33,571 nt of DNA, from positions 1 to 33,571 of the forward strand of contig RDOA01000042.1 of the NCBI GenBank assembly GCA_011364925.1, in the 5' to 3' direction. This document shows positions 1-9,763 of this stretch, piece by piece. The DNA comes from Promethearchaeota archaeon. GTDB lineage: Archaea > Asgardarchaeota > Lokiarchaeia > Sigyniarchaeales > SOKP01. Below the pieces are notes generated by a model. It searched no databases. It was not told where the DNA came from and saw only the letters and a list, made by a program, of their open reading frames with translations. Within the stretch, counting starts at the first letter, position 1, and each line of letters starts with the position of its first letter. Position numbers and translations under genes: made by a program.

Positions 1-2
1 TT

Positions 3-1028
3 ATATCTTCGTTGATTAAAAAGTATAATGAAATGTATGAGTTAGGTGTTAGTAATGGTGTACCTTCAGAATTATGTTATGGAATAAACGCTCTATATGG
101 AATGCATAAATCTAAGGGAAAGAATGTAGATGCAAATCTTAACTTCGCCATGCGATGTGGTAGATGGAACAATTTCTATGAATCACTAAAAACCACTGTT
201 CCAAGTCAGATTCTAATTGATATTCCTTCTGAAGGTTCATTCAATAAAGAAGAAGTGCTTAAACAAATGGTTAATAACATCAAGGAAGGAATAAGCGAAT
301 TAGAACGCATCACAGGAAATTTCGTGTCTGATAATAGTTTACAAAAGCAATTTCGAATAGGAAATCAGGTAAAGCGATTTTATAAGACTATCCTATACGA
401 AATCAGTAACTCGGATTTCTATCCCTGTAACCCCGCTACATTTGCTGAAATCCTAGCTCTTCTAACAATTACATTCCAAGATTATAACTCTAATCCTCAA
501 AGATATTTAGAGAACATGAGCCAGCTCGTTAAAGAAATGAGAGAACGAATAAAAAAAGGCATTGGTATGGATGTATCTCAAATGCCAAGATTATTATTTG
601 CTCCAATGTATCAAGGATGGGAACCAGAAATACACGAAATTATCTATAAATTAGGAGGAAGAATAATTTATGCTGATTGGGATGTGTTGGGTTTCTTAGA
701 AGAAATTTCCATTTCAAATCATTCTGATCCAATTGAAGAATACGCTCGTTTTTTGTTGAATGCATCAGGAAGGGGGATTGGATGTGACGACGAAAATATG
801 ACAAGCTCATATTTATTAGCTGCCGAAAAAATGAATATTGATGGTTTAATTTTCAACCAAGTATTTGGTTGCCCTTCATTATCGAAAACTTACGATAAAT
901 TAAAAGAAAAACTAAAATCTGAATTGGGTATCCCTGCAATTGTCATTAACTTCAAAAAAATTGGAGAAAACATAGAACAAGCCAAAACGCGCATGGAACC
1001 TTTTATGGAAAGATTAAAAAGTGTTTAG
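3..1028 (+). CDS. 2-hydroxyacyl-CoA dehydratase family subunit (HgdB/FldB/BcrB-like), 5' partial
   Basis: Frame is open from the window edge. It has an N-terminal 'PSELCY' Cys, 'IDGLIFNQVFGC' and the C-terminal 'GIPAIVI..QAKTRMEPFME' signature typical of the HGD-D family. Confidence 0.8.
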   Translation: MSSLIKKYNEMYELGVSNGVPSELCYGINALYGMHKSKGKNVDANLNFAMRCGRWNNFYESLKTTVPSQILIDIPSEGSFNKEEVLKQMVNNIKEGISELERITGNFVSDNSLQKQFRIGNQVKRFYKTILYEISNSDFYPCNPATFAEILALLTITFQDYNSNPQRYLENMSQLVKEMRERIKKGIGMDVSQMPRLLFAPMYQGWEPEIHEIIYKLGGRIIYADWDVLGFLEEISISNHSDPIEEYARFLLNASGRGIGCDDENMTSSYLLAAEKMNIDGLIFNQVFGCPSLSKTYDKLKEKLKSELGIPAIVINFKKIGENIEQAKTRMEPFMERLKSV

Positions 1029-1039
1029 CTAATAGATGC

Positions 1040-1609
1040 TTATTTTTTGAATAAGTCACTTGGTTTCATTAAATGAGGTTCATCTTCCTCTTCGTTCTTT
1101 TTCTTCTTCTTAGGAACGTATCCAAACACATCACTTTCTGGTGACATTGTTGGCTGTATTCCAGTAGAAGGCGGCATATTGATATTCGCTGTTATTGGCT
1201 CTGGTTTAGGAGTCATGGGGCTAGTCTGGGAATTAAAAGGTGGTTGCATATCAGGTGTTGTTGCTTTTAATACTTTTAGTTCACTAAGAACTTTTTCCAA
1301 ATTCATTGATTGCACGCTTTTATTCATCGTGTCCATGATTTCTTGAAGGGATTTTGAAGTTTCTCTAAGTCCTTTAGGATTTATACCTGTTAATAATGAA
1401 TCTAGATTTGTGTTAATGTTATCGTTTAATTCTTTTAGAGAATCTAATACTGTGGACCAGTGTTTATTCATTTGAGATTCGATTGCGCTAATCATTTTAA
1501 TCGTTTCGTTCATAAAATTCACATGGGCTTCGTATCGTTCTTCATCCTTAGCCCGAAGGTCGGATATGAGCATTATTAACTTTCGAATCGCATCCTTCTC
1601 TTCACTCAC
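1040..1609 (-). CDS. Hypothetical protein: long amphipathic/coiled-coil N-terminus, Pro/Ser/Thr-rich linker, Lys-run/acidic C-terminal peptide
   Basis: 189-aa ORF with GTG start. Heptad-like helices run to about residue 115, followed by a low-complexity linker; it ends KKKKKNEEEDEPHLMKPSDLFKK. Confidence 0.75.
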   Translation of the reverse strand: MSEEKDAIRKLIMLISDLRAKDEERYEAHVNFMNETIKMISAIESQMNKHWSTVLDSLKELNDNINTNLDSLLTGINPKGLRETSKSLQEIMDTMNKSVQSMNLEKVLSELKVLKATTPDMQPPFNSQTSPMTPKPEPITANINMPPSTGIQPTMSPESDVFGYVPKKKKKNEEEDEPHLMKPSDLFKK

Positions 1610-1799
1610 TTTCTGAACTCACTTCTTTTATAATTCGTTATTAAACATATGATTATCTACTAATTTATATATATTTCTTTTTAAAAAACTTAGTAAAAAA
1701 GGATATTTTAGTATCCGTACAATCTAATTTTTCCAAATTGGTTCCATTTTTTAAAATAAACGATATAATTATTAATAATTGCTTGAACTAGAATTAATT

Positions 1800-3290
1800 A
1801 TGTCAAAAAGAAAACTTACTTGGCCTAACCATCCTAGGATACTGGAAATTAACACATGGCCTTGGTTAACAAACTTGTCTGATAAACTCGGGAAGGATAT
1901 TAAATTAAGCGATATACCCATTGATTTGTTATACCAAGAAATATCAGTTTTTGATGTTGTTTGGTTAATGGGAGTTTGGGAACGTAGTCCGATGGGAAAA
2001 GAAATAGCTATGAATAACGAGAATTTACAAGAGGAATACCGAAAAGCAATAAGATATATTAGCAATCAAGATGTTGTAGGCTCGCCCTATTCAGTTTATT
2101 ATTACCACGTTAGCTCTCAATTAGGCGGTTCGGAGGCGCTAAAATCTCTCCGAGAAGACTTAGCAAAACGTAGTATACTACTAATATTGGATTACGTACC
2201 TAATCATGTTTCAATTGATCATCTCTGGACTCTCGAGAAGTCTGACCTATTTATAAGAGGGACATTGAATGATCTGATGACAAAGCCGTACGACTATTTT
2301 TCAGTAGGAGATAGAGTTTATGCGCATGGAAGGGATCCTAATTTTCCACCTTGGACAGACACAGTTCAAATAAACGCGTTTTCTAAAGAGGCACGCTCAA
2401 AAGCTATTAATACTTTACTCTCAATAGCTCAACTTTGCGAAGGTGTTCGCTGTGACATGGCAATGTTAATGACAAACAGCGTGTTTAGCAAAACTTGGGG
2501 TGAAAAAGCTGGTTCACCACTTGAAAAAGAGTATTGGGATGAAATAATTTCAACTGTAAAAGAGAAACATCCTAATTTTAAATTCATAGCGGAAGTGTAT
2601 TGGGATATGGAAATGGATTTAATTCAGCAGGGATTTGATTATTGTTATGATAAGAAACTGTATGATTATTTGACGCATTTTAATGTTATCAAAATAAAGA
2701 GCTATTTAGACTCCGATTTGCAATATCAAAGCAAACTTCTTAGATTTATTGAAAACCACGACGAACCACGAGCAATAACCATATTCGGTCACGAAGCATC
2801 TAAAGCTGCGTCTGTAATAGCTACTACGCTACCTGGCGCAACTTTGATTTATGAAGGTCAAACCAGAGGATCTAAAATAAAACTCCCAGTACAATTGAGT
2901 AGGGGACCTATCGAGGAAGATGACGAAGATATAGTGGAACATTATAACAATTTATTAAGAATAATCCCTGGAAGAGAGTACGATAACGCGATGTGGTCAT
3001 TATGCGAAGTGAAACCAGTTGGTCCAAACGATAGTTCTTATAACAAGATTATATCTTATCAATGGCTAGTAGATAATCAAAGGTTATTAATTATAATTAA
3101 CTACAGTTCTATTCTCTCTAAAGCGCATATAATCTTAAATGATATAAGTTACGAGACCTTTAATTGGAGGTTTATCGATCTTTTAAATAAGAAGGAGTAT
3201 ACATATAAAGGAGAAGACCTAACGAAATATGGGTTATATGTTGAGTTAGATGGCTGGAGGAGCCATATCTTTCGCGTAGAGAAAACTTAA
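1800..3290 (+). CDS. Alpha-amylase family glycoside hydrolase (GH13)
   Basis: GH13 motifs LDYVPNH, GVRCDMA (nucleophile Asp), FIAEVYW (acid/base Glu) and IENHDE. ATG at 1800 preferred over TTG at 1779. Confidence 0.9.
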   Translation: MSKRKLTWPNHPRILEINTWPWLTNLSDKLGKDIKLSDIPIDLLYQEISVFDVVWLMGVWERSPMGKEIAMNNENLQEEYRKAIRYISNQDVVGSPYSVYYYHVSSQLGGSEALKSLREDLAKRSILLILDYVPNHVSIDHLWTLEKSDLFIRGTLNDLMTKPYDYFSVGDRVYAHGRDPNFPPWTDTVQINAFSKEARSKAINTLLSIAQLCEGVRCDMAMLMTNSVFSKTWGEKAGSPLEKEYWDEIISTVKEKHPNFKFIAEVYWDMEMDLIQQGFDYCYDKKLYDYLTHFNVIKIKSYLDSDLQYQSKLLRFIENHDEPRAITIFGHEASKAASVIATTLPGATLIYEGQTRGSKIKLPVQLSRGPIEEDDEDIVEHYNNLLRIIPGREYDNAMWSLCEVKPVGPNDSSYNKIISYQWLVDNQRLLIIINYSSILSKAHIILNDISYETFNWRFIDLLNKKEYTYKGEDLTKYGLYVELDGWRSHIFRVEKT

Positions 3291-3298
3291 GCGAACTT

Positions 3299-5155
3299 CT
3301 AATGAACAGTAACGGTTTTTGCTAGATTAAGTGGTTGATCAGGATCAAGATTGTGTTTTAATGCAGCGTAATAAGATAACAATTGCAATGCTGGAATAAA
3401 AGTTATAGGACTAAAAATGCTATAATATTTATTTCCCGGTTGTGGAATTCTTATTGTTGCATCACTTAAGTTAGTTATGACTTCATCGTCATCAACTACA
3501 ACCGATATTATTTTTCCTCCTCGTGCTTTAAATTCCATTACATTCCCTACAAGTCTTTGATAAGTCTCGTCAGGAGGTGCAATAAAAATAATTGGGAATC
3601 CTTCTCTGACTAAAGAAATTGGACCATGTTTTGCATGAGCAGCAGAATAACCTTCGATAAAACGACATGCTACTTCTTTTAATTTCAATCCACCTTCTTT
3701 GGCAGTAGCAATTGATATCCCTCGAGCGAGGAAGAAGAAATTATGGCTTTTTTCTAAATTATCAACTACATTTTTAATCAGATCGCTATTTCTGCCTATA
3801 AACTCTTCAATAATATTTGGTGTACTAAATAATGCTTGGTAATATTTTTTAAGGTCTTCGTCGGAGAGTATCTTTCGAAAACCTGCTATTTTTAGTGCGA
3901 TCAAACTTAATGTGAGGACTTGAGTACAATATGTCTTGGTTGCTGCTACACCAATTTCGGGACCTGCTTGTGTAACTATCACATGGTCAGAATATCTCGT
4001 AAGTGATGATCCAACGACATTAGTGATGCTCACAATCTTAATTTTTTTTTGCAATTTATCTTTTGCCCATCTTATTGCTTCTATGAGATCAACCGTTTCT
4101 CCCGATTGTGAAACAGCTATAATAACAGAATCTTCTTGTAGAGAATCTCCCAATTGAATTTGAAATTCAGAACATTCAATTGCTTCTATGTATTTGCTTA
4201 GGAATTTAGTGATAATAAATTTTCCAGCTAATGAAGCATAGAATGAAGTCCCAGCTGCTGTAATATAGATGTGTTTTGCTCCCCAAATTACTCTTGCAAG
4301 CTCCGCGATCTTTTCATCAGGAATCTTTAGTGTTCTCCTCAAAGCTACAGGTTCTTCATGTATTTCTTTCAACATGAAATGGTCGTAACCTCCTTTTTCA
4401 GCAGCATCTATACTCCACTCAATATTTTGGAGTTCTTTATCCTTAGGTTTTGATAAGTCATCTAATTCGTAGAATTCAACATCTCCGGCTTTTAAAATCG
4501 CAATTTCATCGTCATCCATTATGTAGCAAGAACGTGTATAGGGAAGGAATGCAGGAATATCAGAAGCACAATAAGAAGTTTTTCCTTTTTCGATCCCAAT
4601 TACTATTGGTGATTCTTTTCTAACAACAATAAAATAATCTGGACAATCAGCATGACATATTGCTATGCCATATGCTCCTTCGCATCTTTTTATCGCTTTA
4701 GCAACAGCTTCTTTAAAGTCTAACTGAGAAGACATATAATCTTCAATCAGATGGGAGATAACTTCAGTGTCAGTGTCCGATGTGAAGATATGACCTTTCA
4801 TTTTTAATTCTGCTTTTAATTCAAGAAAATTTTCAAGAATTCCGTTATGAATTACTGCGATTTTTTTGTTGCAATCTAGATGAGGATGAGCATTTAATTT
4901 CGTAGGTGGTCCATGTGTAGCCCATCTTGTGTGGGCTAACGCTAATTTGGCGTCAATAGGAAAATCATCTAACTTAAGTTTCTTATGTATCTCATCTATT
5001 TTTCCCGCATCCTTTTTCACCAGGAGTTGGGAGTTGTAGTGGACTACTATTCCGCAAGAATCATAACCTCTATATTCTAAGCGTTTTATTCCTTCTAAGG
5101 CTACCTTTCCTAATGAAAGTTTTTGATTAGTTATTATTCCAAATATGCCACACAC
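3299..5155 (-). CDS. glmS: Glutamine--fructose-6-phosphate transaminase (isomerizing)
   Basis: Starts MCGIFG (catalytic Cys; GTG start), with LEYRGYDS, HTRWATHG, HNG, SQSGET, GPEIGVAATK, LKLKE, KHGP and NLAKTVT. Confidence 0.97.
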   Translation of the reverse strand: MCGIFGIITNQKLSLGKVALEGIKRLEYRGYDSCGIVVHYNSQLLVKKDAGKIDEIHKKLKLDDFPIDAKLALAHTRWATHGPPTKLNAHPHLDCNKKIAVIHNGILENFLELKAELKMKGHIFTSDTDTEVISHLIEDYMSSQLDFKEAVAKAIKRCEGAYGIAICHADCPDYFIVVRKESPIVIGIEKGKTSYCASDIPAFLPYTRSCYIMDDDEIAILKAGDVEFYELDDLSKPKDKELQNIEWSIDAAEKGGYDHFMLKEIHEEPVALRRTLKIPDEKIAELARVIWGAKHIYITAAGTSFYASLAGKFIITKFLSKYIEAIECSEFQIQLGDSLQEDSVIIAVSQSGETVDLIEAIRWAKDKLQKKIKIVSITNVVGSSLTRYSDHVIVTQAGPEIGVAATKTYCTQVLTLSLIALKIAGFRKILSDEDLKKYYQALFSTPNIIEEFIGRNSDLIKNVVDNLEKSHNFFFLARGISIATAKEGGLKLKEVACRFIEGYSAAHAKHGPISLVREGFPIIFIAPPDETYQRLVGNVMEFKARGGKIISVVVDDDEVITNLSDATIRIPQPGNKYYSIFSPITFIPALQLLSYYAALKHNLDPDQPLNLAKTVTVH

Positions 5156-5379
5156 AGTAATGTTTCACTATTATCTTTATTCGAGTTTTTTAGAACATTA
5201 TACAATAAATCTGCTTAAATTTTTAATATTTTATTTTTCTGATTTAATCTTCGTTGAAATATTGTTAATTAAATTAAAAAAAGATAAAATCTATTTTAAC
5301 ATTATTAAAGCTTTTTAGTGTTGTATGTCTTAGCTGGTAATAATTTTATTCTTGTCTAGAAGCGTTTGGTAAAAGAAAT

Positions 5380-6474
5380 ATGGATGAAATTTTATCGTTA
5401 GGTAGATTTACTCAAAAAGAGATTTTTGAAATTCCTTCTTCTTTAAGAAAAATCATTGAGCAAAGAACACTTATAAATAAACTAGCAAAAGTCATTGTTG
5501 AAAAAGAAGTTAAACATATTTTTCTTATAGGTGCTGGTAGTTCCTACCATGCTGGATTTGCAATGTCTTACATGTTCAATAGGATAACAAGTATCCCCAC
5601 ATTTACGGAATTTTCAATGGAATTCCAGTATCTTGTGAAGCCTATATTAGCAAAAGAAGATTGCGTAATTGCAATTTCTCAGAGTGGCGAAACAAAAGAC
5701 ACCATAGAGTCTATTAGGATTGCAAAAGAATTTGGTTGTTTAACGATTGGAATTACTAACAATCCGGATTCTAATTTAGCTAGAATAAGTGATCACACAA
5801 TAAATTTAAATAGTGGGGATGAAAATTCGGTTCTTGCCACAAAAACATATGTTGCACAATTAGGAGCATTAGCAGTCTTATCGCTCGAAATTGCAGAAGA
5901 AAAAAAATCCATTAAAAGTGAAGAAATTAATTCTATTTGGATTGAATTAGTGAGAATTCCAGATAAAGTACACTCAATCTTGCCAATTCTTCATGAAAAT
6001 ATCAAGAAGCATTCAAATTTTTTAAAGTCCACTCGTTTTTGTTTTATTCTTGGGAGTGGTCCCGACTATGCTACTGCCATGGAAGCCGCTTTAAAATTGA
6101 AAGAGGGAGCAAGAATTTACGGTCAAGCCTATTCTACAGCAGAATTCCCTCATGGACCAATTACTCTTGCAGATTCTGATACTTGCATTATAGCAATTAT
6201 TCCACACGAAGAGGATAATAGAAAGGCTCATCTATTACAATTATTAAAGCGAATCAAAGAGAGAAACGCACAAATTCTTGGAGTATACGAAGCTATTAAA
6301 AATGAGAAAATGCCAGAATACCTTGATATTAGCATTAGAGTCCCCAATACAGTTATGGATTTACAACCAATAGTTATGATATTAGCAGTGCAGTTATTAA
6401 CTTTAGAGATTGCGAGAACAAATGGTTTAAACCCTGATGAACCAAAATTTCTAACAAAAGTTAGTAATTTCTAA
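5380..6474 (+). CDS. Double-SIS-domain protein (GlmS isomerase-domain paralog; GlmD-like glucosamine-6-P deaminase or sugar-P isomerase)
   Basis: GAGSSYHA, ISQSGET, SVLATKT, EAALKLKE, EFPHGP and PDEPKFLTKV motifs; no glutaminase domain. Confidence 0.85.
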   Translation: MDEILSLGRFTQKEIFEIPSSLRKIIEQRTLINKLAKVIVEKEVKHIFLIGAGSSYHAGFAMSYMFNRITSIPTFTEFSMEFQYLVKPILAKEDCVIAISQSGETKDTIESIRIAKEFGCLTIGITNNPDSNLARISDHTINLNSGDENSVLATKTYVAQLGALAVLSLEIAEEKKSIKSEEINSIWIELVRIPDKVHSILPILHENIKKHSNFLKSTRFCFILGSGPDYATAMEAALKLKEGARIYGQAYSTAEFPHGPITLADSDTCIIAIIPHEEDNRKAHLLQLLKRIKERNAQILGVYEAIKNEKMPEYLDISIRVPNTVMDLQPIVMILAVQLLTLEIARTNGLNPDEPKFLTKVSNF

Positions 6475-6490
6475 TATGATTAAGGTTAGG

Positions 6491-7915
6491 TTAAATTAGA
6501 TTTAACTCTTCCATCTTTTCTTTTGCAATTTTGTTGAATTTTATTGTTGTCTTTAAATCTGTTTTTGATTCACCCGAAATTCTAAGATATGGGCTTGTAC
6601 CAGAGCGTCTTATTAAAATCCATCCGTCATCAAAATCAAACCGACACCCATCCAATGTATTAGTTCTATTAATCTTAATTCCTTGATTGTCAAATGTTTC
6701 TTCCATTTTTTTAATTATTTTTTGATAAATCTCCTTGGTGAATGGAACATCTTTCTTCAGCCTGAATTTCTCAGCATGATAAGGGTAATTAGGTATATCC
6801 TTTAATAATAATCGAAGATCTTTTCCAGATTCAACAATCATCTGTAATACTTTTGCTATTGTGACGATAGAATCGGGACCATAATGGAATTCTGGCCATA
6901 TATAGGTACCAGAAGTTTCTCCCCCTAGAAACCCTCCTTGTTCTTTTAATGCGATTGCAACCTTGATATCTCCCACTTCTGTTCGGATAACCTCGCATCC
7001 GAGAGGATTTAAAACGTCTTCAACTAAACTTGAGGAATTGATAGGTGTTGATACTTTCATAGTTTTAGCTATTGAATTCTCTTTATTTTCAAGTAGAATA
7101 AACCTAGCTAAAAGCGTGAGTAAACGAATTGGATCAACGATTGCCCCATCTTCGTCTAAAAAGATCACTCGATCTGCGTCACCATCAAGAGCTATACCAA
7201 TATCTGTGTGAGCGGACATCCTCAAGAACTCAGAAATTTGAGTTAAATTCTCTTCACTTGGTTCAGAAAGTCTTCCGGGGAATCTTCCATCAGGGTTAGC
7301 ATTCAGAGTAACGATATTTGAGTTAAATTTACTTAATAACTTCGGAACTATATCGCAACCACATCCATTTCCCGGGTCAACAATAATATTTAGATCACTT
7401 GCATCAATCATGATCTTACGAGTGATATTTGATATATGGATATCGTTTATATCGTTAACTTGTGTTACCTTACCAACTTCGTACCATTCGATTTTAGCAT
7501 AATCTTTATCGTTATAGATTCGCTCTATTTCATCTTCCTGTTCTGGGGAAAACCCTACTCCAGAAGGATTCCAAAGTTTCAGCCCGATATATTCAGGAGT
7601 ATTATGCGAAGCTGTAATCATTACTGATGCTTGTGCGTTTAAATATCTACAGGACATCGCTAATGTAGGAGTGGTAACAATGCCTAATGTTTTAATATTA
7701 CAACCAGTACTCACCAAACCAGAGATTAAAGCGTATTCTATGGGTAACGCTGAAGTCCGGATGTCCCTTCCAATTACTACAGTGCCTCCTTTTAAATATG
7801 TGCCTAATGCTAAACCAACTTCTAAAGCCATTTGAGGTGTGAATCTTAAGTCTGATTCGGAATAATTTTGGAATACTCTTCTTATCCCTGATGTACCGAA
7901 TATATTGCTTGTCAT
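6491..7915 (-). CDS. glmM: Alpha-D-phosphohexomutase (phosphoglucosamine mutase / PMM-PGM)
   Basis: FGTSGIR, phospho-Ser loop ITASHN, metal loop DGDADR, sugar loop GGETSG and RRSGTSP. Adjacent to glmS; the GlmM specificity is inferred from context. Confidence 0.8.
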   Translation of the reverse strand: MTSNIFGTSGIRRVFQNYSESDLRFTPQMALEVGLALGTYLKGGTVVIGRDIRTSALPIEYALISGLVSTGCNIKTLGIVTTPTLAMSCRYLNAQASVMITASHNTPEYIGLKLWNPSGVGFSPEQEDEIERIYNDKDYAKIEWYEVGKVTQVNDINDIHISNITRKIMIDASDLNIIVDPGNGCGCDIVPKLLSKFNSNIVTLNANPDGRFPGRLSEPSEENLTQISEFLRMSAHTDIGIALDGDADRVIFLDEDGAIVDPIRLLTLLARFILLENKENSIAKTMKVSTPINSSSLVEDVLNPLGCEVIRTEVGDIKVAIALKEQGGFLGGETSGTYIWPEFHYGPDSIVTIAKVLQMIVESGKDLRLLLKDIPNYPYHAEKFRLKKDVPFTKEIYQKIIKKMEETFDNQGIKINRTNTLDGCRFDFDDGWILIRRSGTSPYLRISGESKTDLKTTIKFNKIAKEKMEELNLI

Positions 7916-8169
7916 AGAAAATCACAGTTAAATAGGTAATGCTTTTTCAAATTTAATTTAAAATCAATAAAGACTGTTGATTAGGAATTTACTATAGATA
8001 TTAAAGTTAATTTAACTAAAAAATAAAATCTATATTTTCTTGAATTGGACAATAGGTTTCTTTTTTTTTATTATAATAAACTTTTAATTTTTTTTCTTAC
8101 ATATAACTATTAAAGAAATACTGCTACAATCAAAAACTAATTATAAATTAAATATTGGAGTAGCTATCA

Positions 8170-9642
8170 ATGATATTTCAAGGATTACTGAATATTTCTA
8201 GTTTATACTTAGATAATGAAGATTACTTATTTAATCAATTAGATCATTATTTTCATGAAAAAATTAATGAAGTTATAGGAACTAATCTTGAAAATGAAGA
8301 TTTGAATAGTCAATTTAATAAACTTATAGAATTTATCAAATCTGAATTAGGAACTCTTGGATTTAATAAGCAAAGCTTAGAATTCATTTTTTTAGATCCA
8401 TTCGTCGAACTTGATGACATCAATCAAAATTCTACGATCCATCACATCTATGATTTAAAAATAGCACCAATATTATATGAAATTTTTCTCGAGATACTCG
8501 TTAAATATTTAGTCGATAGTGATAATGTAAATCGAATCATGTTAAATTTAAAATCCTCTAATTTTCTAAGCTTAGAACTCATTGTAGAGCTTAAAAACTT
8601 AAAGGATTTAATTGATAGTTATCCAGAAAAAAAGGAGAATTTAAAGAAGTATATTCAGATACATACACTATTTGAGGATAAATTAATTTTAAAGAAAAAT
8701 AGGGTTGAATTGTTAGAGGATATACCAGATCCTCAGGAAAAACTTCAACTTTTGTATCTGATTTACCGAATAATTAGTGCGTTTCATTTAGAAAAGAAAT
8801 TCGATTTTTCTCACTTAAAGGGTTATATTTCAGATCATTTGGAGGAATGGCTAATTACCATTCCTTTAGTTACATTAAAAAATCCCGATCTTTATTATTG
8901 TGGACTATATTTAGCTGATGCATTTGGTATAAAATTAGATGAAGAGAAAGTTAAGAATTTCTTATTAGATTTATACGAAGAAGGTATAGATGAGTTTGAA
9001 GCTCCGCTAGTTCAAGCTACTGATGGATTATATTATCTTCTCAAAGCTACAGATTACATGAAGCTATGGCTAACAAGATCGCAATTAATTAGATTAATTG
9101 AAACAGATCCAGAATACTTTCAGCCTTCTTATCTTAAAACTCTTGAAACGTCACAATTAGTTGTTATTCTGAAAATATATAACCTTATTAATGCTAGAAA
9201 TGTAGAAGACAATGTAAACGCCATACTAGATGAATTGGAGCTGAGGATTACACCTGAAGGAATAAAACAATCTAGAGACGGGTTTATTACTTCAGAAGCG
9301 ACATACTATGTTTTATTTTGTAATTATATGAGGAATTCACTAGATAAATTACAAGAATATAACCTCTTAGAAAGTACTGTATCAATTATTTACAGAAATT
9401 TGGAATTACTAGAAGTTTCAGAAGATACTAATTTCGATTTAATTTCTGAGTTACTCTATGCGTTCGAAATCTTAAAATTATTTAATTGTATTGAAACTCG
9501 TGAAATGATAATAAAATTAGCCGAATATTTGTTCCCACCAGAAGTGGTAGCGAAGATATCAACAAGTCCCGAGTTAACAAAAACAAAAGCTCGATTTAGG
9601 CATTTAAAAGTGAATAAAGTTACAGGAGAAACAATGTATTAA
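8170..9642 (+). CDS. Hypothetical acidic all-helical protein, possible prenyltransferase/squalene-oxidase-like alpha/alpha toroid C-terminal region
   Basis: 490-aa ORF with repeated helical 'xxYYxL' units (DLYYCGL, DGLYYLL, EATYYVL). The fold call is tentative. Confidence 0.55.
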   Translation: MIFQGLLNISSLYLDNEDYLFNQLDHYFHEKINEVIGTNLENEDLNSQFNKLIEFIKSELGTLGFNKQSLEFIFLDPFVELDDINQNSTIHHIYDLKIAPILYEIFLEILVKYLVDSDNVNRIMLNLKSSNFLSLELIVELKNLKDLIDSYPEKKENLKKYIQIHTLFEDKLILKKNRVELLEDIPDPQEKLQLLYLIYRIISAFHLEKKFDFSHLKGYISDHLEEWLITIPLVTLKNPDLYYCGLYLADAFGIKLDEEKVKNFLLDLYEEGIDEFEAPLVQATDGLYYLLKATDYMKLWLTRSQLIRLIETDPEYFQPSYLKTLETSQLVVILKIYNLINARNVEDNVNAILDELELRITPEGIKQSRDGFITSEATYYVLFCNYMRNSLDKLQEYNLLESTVSIIYRNLELLEVSEDTNFDLISELLYAFEILKLFNCIETREMIIKLAEYLFPPEVVAKISTSPELTKTKARFRHLKVNKVTGETMY

Positions 9643-9763
9643 GCAGATTTATCATACGGTACTTCTTTCTTCTAATTTTCACAGAGATTTCTAGAAATAG
9701 TAATTTTAATTTAATTCTTATCATATACTAAGTTATTAGAATTAGAAATGGTTTTGATCTCCC

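Noticed and set aside
5156-5379. glmS ribozyme upstream of glmS
   Set aside because: The spacer is extremely AT-rich with no recognisable ribozyme core, and that element is known from bacteria.
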